Assembly: GCA_000965745.1 (NCBI GenBank)
Contig: CP009479.1
Span: forward strand, 928,001 to 992,000
Length of the DNA: 64,000 nucleotides
Reading direction: 5' to 3'
From: an uncultured archaeon
Lineage (GTDB): Archaea; Thermoplasmatota; Thermoplasmata; Thermoplasmatales; Thermoplasmataceae
A program made the position numbers and the translations under genes. The notes below the pieces were generated by a model. The model did no database searches. It saw nothing but the letters and a program-made list of their open reading frames with translations, and was not told where the DNA came from. Shown here piece by piece: positions 58,248 through 64,000 of the stretch (position 1 is its first letter; every line of letters begins with the position of its first letter).

Positions 58248-59048
58248 TTGGTAATGCCTGTACCGGGAGATAGGTCAAGGTTGGCAAAGATTGGTGAAGA
58301 TTGGGAAGTGCTTGAAGGTGTAATTCAGGAATTTATGGGTGAGAAATCAGCACTTAACCCGGTGATTGGAAGATGCAAGGATGGAATCGTTCTGATCGAC
58401 ACGGGGGCACCCGGGACTTTTGGGCAACTTGAAAACTCGCTATTGAAACTTGGTTTTGGCATTGAGGAAATTAAGATGGTGGTCATCACGCATTATCACT
58501 TTGACCATGTCGGAAATCTAATGGAAATCGCCATGAGAAACAAGAATGCGCGCATCCTGATGGGAAAGAACGATATCCCTTACTATGCCGGAGATAAGGT
58601 TCCAGAGGAGGAGGCTGTGGACGAGAAAGAATTGAGGAAATATTTCCCAAATTTTAAAAAAAGCGACTTGGATGGTGCTGCCAAAGACGAAGACATCTCA
58701 TACTCCCCAGACTTGGAATTACTCTCTAGAATTGAACCTGTCGAAGAAGACTTATCAGTGATTGACGTGCCAGGCGAGATGAGGATTGTGGCAACACCCG
58801 GGCATACGCCGGGTCACCTCTCTGTATATCTGCAGGAGCTTAAGGCACTAGTCGCAGGCGACCTCATGATGTACTGGAAAGGGAACTTTTCGGGTCCGAT
58901 CAGGACTTTCTCAAGCGATCCTGAAACTGCGGATGAATCCGTCAGGAAAGTCTCTACCTTTGAGATTGACAAACTAATAGGGTATCACGGGTCACCATTT
59001 TTTGGGAATGTGAATTCTATGATCAACGAGTACTTGAGCAATATATGA
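58248..59048 (+). CDS. metallo-beta-lactamase fold hydrolase
   Basis: LIDTG, THYHFDHVG, TPGHTPGH, AGD, YHG. Confidence 0.9.
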   Translation: MVMPVPGDRSRLAKIGEDWEVLEGVIQEFMGEKSALNPVIGRCKDGIVLIDTGAPGTFGQLENSLLKLGFGIEEIKMVVITHYHFDHVGNLMEIAMRNKNARILMGKNDIPYYAGDKVPEEEAVDEKELRKYFPNFKKSDLDGAAKDEDISYSPDLELLSRIEPVEEDLSVIDVPGEMRIVATPGHTPGHLSVYLQELKALVAGDLMMYWKGNFSGPIRTFSSDPETADESVRKVSTFEIDKLIGYHGSPFFGNVNSMINEYLSNI

Positions 59049-59190
59049 CTCATTCTTTCTTACCTGACCGAATAGGGCAAGCTGTAAGGTTAACTGGCTT
59101 AATAGGGTCAAGTTAAACTATTTAAACAATTCATCAAAACGTATTGCGTCTTGGAAAAGAATTAATATCATACCCATTATATAGCATGCC

Positions 59191-60492
59191 ATGGGTGGCT
59201 CAACTGAGAGTTCGAGTAGTGCCGTAAATATACCAGTATAGTATTCGATTTTTATAACACTGGTATCATTTTTTGGGTGGACGTTGGCTTTTATGGATGC
59301 CCAGTTTTTTGGTTTATTGATACCAAAAATCTTGCCAGCTTTCTCCTTAAGTCTGAACGAAATTAGCTTGATAACAACTGTTTCAAACGTTTTGGCGATA
59401 TTTTCTGCAATTCTTCTGGGGCAGTTGATGGACAGGAGAGGAAGGCTGCTTCCATTTCAGATAACGATGGTCTTGTATTCAATAGGTTCATTTTTCACCG
59501 CGATAAGTGGCGGATTCCTTTCGTTGCTTGGGGCCAGAACGGTGGTAACGCTTGGAACCGGTCCTGAGGGCAGTGTAGCAAGTGTTATGGTAACAGAGAA
59601 CCACGACAAGAAGTGGAGAGGCATAAGTACAGGTCTTCTCTTGCTGGCTGTACCTGTTGGAGTAACAATAGCAACAATAATTACGGGACTAGTTGTTGTC
59701 ACTGGTGGTTTCAATTGGAGATACGTCTTCTTTATAGGAATTTTCCCGGCTATTCTGATACTGGTAGCAAGGCTTAAAGCGAAGGAGAGTCAAAGATTCG
59801 TAGAGATGGACAGGATAAGAAGGGAGGCAAAATCAGAATCCGCTTCTTCTGATATTGTAGACGTTAAGAAAGCAAACCATGACCCAGTGGCACAACTTTT
59901 CGAATCAGACCTAAGGAAGAAGTCGCTTACAGTCATGATATTCTCTACTCTGGCATCTGGTGTATTTTTCAGCATATTGTTATATGCAACGGAATACCTC
60001 ACCGTGGCAAAGGGTCTCAGTTATGGCGCATCCCTGGTTGTTGTGGGAACAGGTTCAACTGCTTCCATTGCAGGATACATAATTGCAACTTTCATAGGCC
60101 AGAAAATAGGCAGAAAAGAAACCACAATTATTTTCGGGCTACTTGGCGGAGTGGCATTGTTTTTCCTTGCTACCTCAAATGGTTATGGAAATATTCTACT
60201 TAGCTACTCGCTTTTCCAAGTGTTCTTTGCAGCCATTGGATCAACATTTGTAGCACTTTTCGCAGAAATGTACCCCACAAGAGCAAGAGGAGCAGGCCAG
60301 AGCCTGAACTTTGCTTCACAGTCTGCAGGATATGCTATTTGGCCACTCTTACTCACATCGACAGTTGGAGTAATTGGGTGGCATAATGGTTTTCTCATCG
60401 TGGAAGTGATACCTCTGATCATATCATCGCTCTCACTCTTCGCAATTCCCAGAGTAAAGCCCACCGATGAATTGGAAGCTATTGCGGTCTGA
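59191..60492 (+). pseudogene. MFS transporter with an in-frame TAG at codon 17 (59239-59241)
   Basis: ATG 59191 is in frame with the 59284-60492 ORF: MGGSTESSSSAVNIPV*YSIFITLVSFFGWTLAFMD; most of TM1 lies upstream of the called TTG. Confidence 0.7.
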
Positions 60493-60735
60493 CGGTACTT
60501 GCCTACCAACCCCAATTTTTCCCATTTTTCCGCTATATGCGCTGCAAAGTAAACTATTTGTGACTTCCTCCAGGATGGGTGATTTAGGAATGGTTCTTAT
60601 CGTAATATAAATTTAACTATCTAGATTAATCGCATACACTTCCTCATTTGCTGATGATCTAAACAACCTATAGTTTTTTATACTCAATATATTCCTACAA
60701 ATAGATTCTTAAACAATTACGCAGTATGACATCCC

Positions 60736-61992
60736 ATGGCATTACCCGGTTTTGATAAGGACTTGACCGTAAGGGGGATGGCTCTTAAGAATGCAGGCTG
60801 GTTTTTATTGCTAGCAGTCATCCTTGCTTACCCGATATTCCTCCAGAATTTTGACTCGGAGGTATATTCATTTGGAGCCCCTACAATTATACAAAATATA
60901 AATGCTCCTGCACTTTATATTGGCCTTACAGCCACAGGTTACGTTGTGGGAATTGTTGTATTCAGCCTTTTTGGAGGATACCTTTTTGACAGAGTATCGC
61001 CAAAAATCGCCATAATACTTGGTCTAGGCATTTTCAGCATTTTCTCTGCACTCAGCGGTTATTCAACTGGAGCTCTGGAACTAGTCATATTCAGGATACT
61101 AGATGGAGTTGGCGTATCAATTTTCCAGGTTTGTTCGGCTTCATATCTTGGGGAAGCTCTTCCAATCACAAGGGGAAGGCTCCTTTCAGTGAGTGTTCTG
61201 CTCGGTGGCCTCGGGCTGTTCGCAGGTCCTTTCATAGTGGCCCCATTCACTGGCAACATATCCCTTCCTTTCACCATAGCGGGTATGCTTGGGCTTCTGG
61301 GTATAGTGTTGTTTATAATTTTCCTACCGAGGAAATTCAAGAGCGAGGTTAAACTGGAGACGCACAAGTACTCGCTTTCGTCTCTCAAACATAGAAACGT
61401 CCTTCTTGGCTCATTATCAATCATTCCCTTCGGGTTGGCACTTTTCGCCGAAGTGAGTTATGTTCCACTTTACTTCCAGAAGGTGCTAACCTTTTCATCT
61501 TTCCAAGCTACTCTGGCGGTTTCTGCGTTTGGAATAGCCCCATTTGTGTTTGCTATACCTGTCGGAATACTTTCGGACAAGATTGGAAGAAAGCCCTTCA
61601 TACTTCTGGCCGCAGCGTTTCAGGTTATAGCAGGCTTCCTGCTCTTCGTGATTCACCCACCGTTCATACTCGCTTTTGTGCTCAACGCAATGTACGGATT
61701 TGGCTGGGGAATATATTTCATGAACATGGTGGCCATAGTTTTAGACTCAGTTCCTGACTCAGTAGCGGGACTTTCAATAGGCATGCTTTACACGACTTTC
61801 AACATCGGAGCTGCTTTCGGTGGTCCTGCGATGGGCTCACTCATTGGGATAAGCTGGCCAATTGCTGGCGCTCTTTCTATTGGCATAGTCTCAATTGTCA
61901 CTTTTGTGATTGCATTACCAATGAAGGAAGGCTTGGGCTTGGCAAAAAAGCAGATGAAAGAGGTCGAGGAAGTAGAAGAAATTCCGGCATGA
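60736..61992 (+). CDS. MFS transporter
   Basis: GGYLFDRV, FRILDGVG, GILSDKIGRK. Confidence 0.85.
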   Translation: MALPGFDKDLTVRGMALKNAGWFLLLAVILAYPIFLQNFDSEVYSFGAPTIIQNINAPALYIGLTATGYVVGIVVFSLFGGYLFDRVSPKIAIILGLGIFSIFSALSGYSTGALELVIFRILDGVGVSIFQVCSASYLGEALPITRGRLLSVSVLLGGLGLFAGPFIVAPFTGNISLPFTIAGMLGLLGIVLFIIFLPRKFKSEVKLETHKYSLSSLKHRNVLLGSLSIIPFGLALFAEVSYVPLYFQKVLTFSSFQATLAVSAFGIAPFVFAIPVGILSDKIGRKPFILLAAAFQVIAGFLLFVIHPPFILAFVLNAMYGFGWGIYFMNMVAIVLDSVPDSVAGLSIGMLYTTFNIGAAFGGPAMGSLIGISWPIAGALSIGIVSIVTFVIALPMKEGLGLAKKQMKEVEEVEEIPA

Positions 61993-62039
61993 CCAATTTT
62001 TATTTCCAATTTTTTTTGAAACCTTTATCCAGACATTTT

Positions 62040-63350
62040 TCAAAGCCCGTTCACTGGAAGCTTAAGCTCTTTCCTATCTACCATGTTCCCGTTCTTGATT
62101 ACAGCAGCTATATCTCGGAGGTTTTCAATGCCCTCCAAGGGGTTAGATCGCAGGAGCACAATATCGGCATTTTTGCCTTCGGAAACTGATCCCAGCTCTT
62201 CTTCTCTGCCAAGAACTTTGGCGCCATTGATTGTAGCTGCCTGCAAGACCTCCATGTTTGTGAGTCCAGCCTGTGAAAGCAGATACAGTTCCCTGTGGTA
62301 ATCGGGGCCGGAAGTCCCATCAGTACCAGCAGATATCACTGATCCCGCCTCCTGGAGCTTGAGGATATTCTCCTGCACTACGGGTGTCATCAATTCCATC
62401 CATTTTGTCCATATGTTTCCGGCAAGCCTGACCCTTTCAGTTTTCAGAAGAAACTCTCTTTCGTCGTCATCCACACATTCTCTGTAAAGGCCTCTATTAA
62501 GATAGTCCGGGTCCTTCACCAGCCTCGAATACCCTTCTCCGATTTGAAGAGTAGAAACTAGTGGTATCCTTTTGCTCGATACTATTTTACCAAACTCTTC
62601 TGTTATGGGTGATTGTATTACGGTATGTGCAAGCACATCAGCACCTGCATTTATTGCTTCTCTTGACCTCACTTCGTTTGACACGTGAACAGTCACTCTA
62701 AATCCATTCTCGTGGCACACATCTATGACATCTTTCAAGACTTTCTTCTCCAGAATTGGTATATAGGGCCTTATGCCCCATCCATGTTCATCATATGTGA
62801 TTTTCACCAGATCGGGGCCCTTTCTCAAAAATGAAATCAGTTTCTCTTTGTCTTCAGGTAGTGAATCTATCTCGCAGGCCACTTCACTCCCGTGCCCACC
62901 AGTAGCTGTAATCAGATTTCCAGTACAGAATATCCTGGGACTTGTTATAACTCCATTACGTTCTTCAGCCCTGAGAGTGTAGATCAAATCGCTGATATTT
63001 CCAGCATCAAAAATGGAAGTCACTCCTGAATATAGGTATGAATGGAGTTTCTGCAGCATTCTTTCCTTTTGTAAGGTTTCATCCATAACCTTTGAAATGG
63101 GGGCGTCTTTCAAAGGTGCGCTGTATCTCCTTGCCTTCAAATGTATATGGGCATCTATCATACCCGGGATCACAAACTTGCCTTTACCATCAAGAATTTC
63201 AAAGTCCTGTCTTTCTTTTCTCAGGTCTTCTGTTGAGATCCTTGATATTTTTCCTTTTTCTACAAGTATGTTCACTTTTTCCCTTGTAGTGCTTGCATCA
63301 ACATCAATCAGTGAAACATTCATGACTATTAGATTCCCTTCACCCTGCAT
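62040..63350 (-). CDS. amidohydrolase superfamily metal-dependent hydrolase
   Basis: PGMIDAHIH, TGGHG, VTVH, LAHT, AGTD, ATINGA, GKNADIV. Confidence 0.88.
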   Translation of the reverse strand: MQGEGNLIVMNVSLIDVDASTTREKVNILVEKGKISRISTEDLRKERQDFEILDGKGKFVIPGMIDAHIHLKARRYSAPLKDAPISKVMDETLQKERMLQKLHSYLYSGVTSIFDAGNISDLIYTLRAEERNGVITSPRIFCTGNLITATGGHGSEVACEIDSLPEDKEKLISFLRKGPDLVKITYDEHGWGIRPYIPILEKKVLKDVIDVCHENGFRVTVHVSNEVRSREAINAGADVLAHTVIQSPITEEFGKIVSSKRIPLVSTLQIGEGYSRLVKDPDYLNRGLYRECVDDDEREFLLKTERVRLAGNIWTKWMELMTPVVQENILKLQEAGSVISAGTDGTSGPDYHRELYLLSQAGLTNMEVLQAATINGAKVLGREEELGSVSEGKNADIVLLRSNPLEGIENLRDIAAVIKNGNMVDRKELKLPVNGL

Positions 63351-63413
63351 AAAGAGGAAATTTATGGAAGACTATATTCCTTTGCAGGAAAAATTTGCCA
63401 GTCATGAACAAAG

Positions 63414-64000
63414 TCACTTCATTTCTGCACCTCTAACCAGTACTTGCTTAATTCGTTCGGGCCTAGTCATTACACCTATATCATCCATCGGACTGCCCTC
63501 TACAAAAATTATATCTGCATCGTATCCAGGTGCAATCTTTCCAACCCTATATTTAGGACCTAGTGCATCTCCCGCAATCCCCGTTGCCGAATACAAAGCC
63601 TCCTCGGGAGTAAGTCCTCCTAAGTCAACGAGACATTCAAACTCCTTTCCATTGTTGCCATGGAGGTTAAAGGGGGTTCCAGCATCCGTGCCAAATCCAA
63701 TTTTTAATTTGTGTTTCCTAGCAAGTCTCACACTTGAGCTGTGTGGATCCAAAGCCTCTGTTGCCTTTCTTACTGCCCACTCTGGGACTCCCGCATCTTT
63801 CCCGTATTTTGATGTCATCAGGGGTGAAACCATGGTTGGCACGATTGTCAAATTATTGTTGCGGATTAGTGAGCATGCCTCGTCGTCCATGAACAGTGCG
63901 TGTTCAATAGTGTCGACCTTTGCGGTTGCCGCGTTTCTAATTCCTGCATTTGACTGAGCATGGGCGGCTACTTTTCTGAATTTGCTGTGGGATTCTTCAA
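63414..64000 (-). CDS. amidohydrolase (Xaa-Pro dipeptidase-like), 5' end beyond the window
   Basis: frame is open to the window edge: ...KVAAHAQS...DTIEHALFMDD..., FGTDAGT, GYDADII. Confidence 0.85.
   Translation of the reverse strand, partial: EESHSKFRKVAAHAQSNAGIRNAATAKVDTIEHALFMDDEACSLIRNNNLTIVPTMVSPLMTSKYGKDAGVPEWAVRKATEALDPHSSSVRLARKHKLKIGFGTDAGTPFNLHGNNGKEFECLVDLGGLTPEEALYSATGIAGDALGPKYRVGKIAPGYDADIIFVEGSPMDDIGVMTRPERIKQVLVRGAEMK

Noticed and set aside
59239-59241. Pyrrolysine or genome-wide amber recoding
   Set aside because: TAG is a normal stop for several genes in the window, no pyl genes are seen, and it is a single instance
63013-63957. 314-aa plus-strand ORF, and similar antisense ORFs such as 42454-43107, 51320-51919 and 55851-56468
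   Set aside because: Shadow frames opposite genes with clear family motifs; no motifs of their own
1-64000. CRISPR array, rRNA, integrase or full-length transposase
   Set aside because: No regularly spaced repeats, rRNA-like sequence or recombinase/transposase motifs seen by eye

Overview
Archaeal chromosome segment, most consistent with Thermoplasmatales (egsA, deoxyhypusine synthase, archaeal uS12/uS7, UPF0179, GGAGGTGA ribosome-binding sites, tRNA without encoded CCA). Left half (1-35.6 kb): transporters, an arsenic-phosphate block (arsR-arsB-methyltransferase, a divergent CxC-bearing metallophosphoesterase, pstSCAB, histidine phosphatase), a yceI/HxlR pair with a structured ~90-nt leader, a dpp/opp operon and housekeeping genes ending at tRNA-Val(GAC). 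Just 3' of the tRNA is an unannotated 271-bp non-autonomous IS200/IS605-type element (35692-35962). Both its hairpin ends obey the TnpA guide/cleavage rule (AAAT->TTAA, GAAG->TCAC), and it keeps the tnpB 3' tail/omegaRNA scaffold but has no transposase or nuclease. From there to the window end lies a ~28-kb accessory metabolic block with no regulator gene: a heme-oxygenase-like diiron enzyme, a DRE-TIM enzyme, two cyclases, two SDRs, an M20 hydrolase, a non-CODH CoxMSLG molybdenum hydroxylase, an aldolase, amidohydrolases and five permeases. It probably encodes an uncharacterised N-heterocycle pathway. All calls are from motif recognition by eye; no database searches were run.
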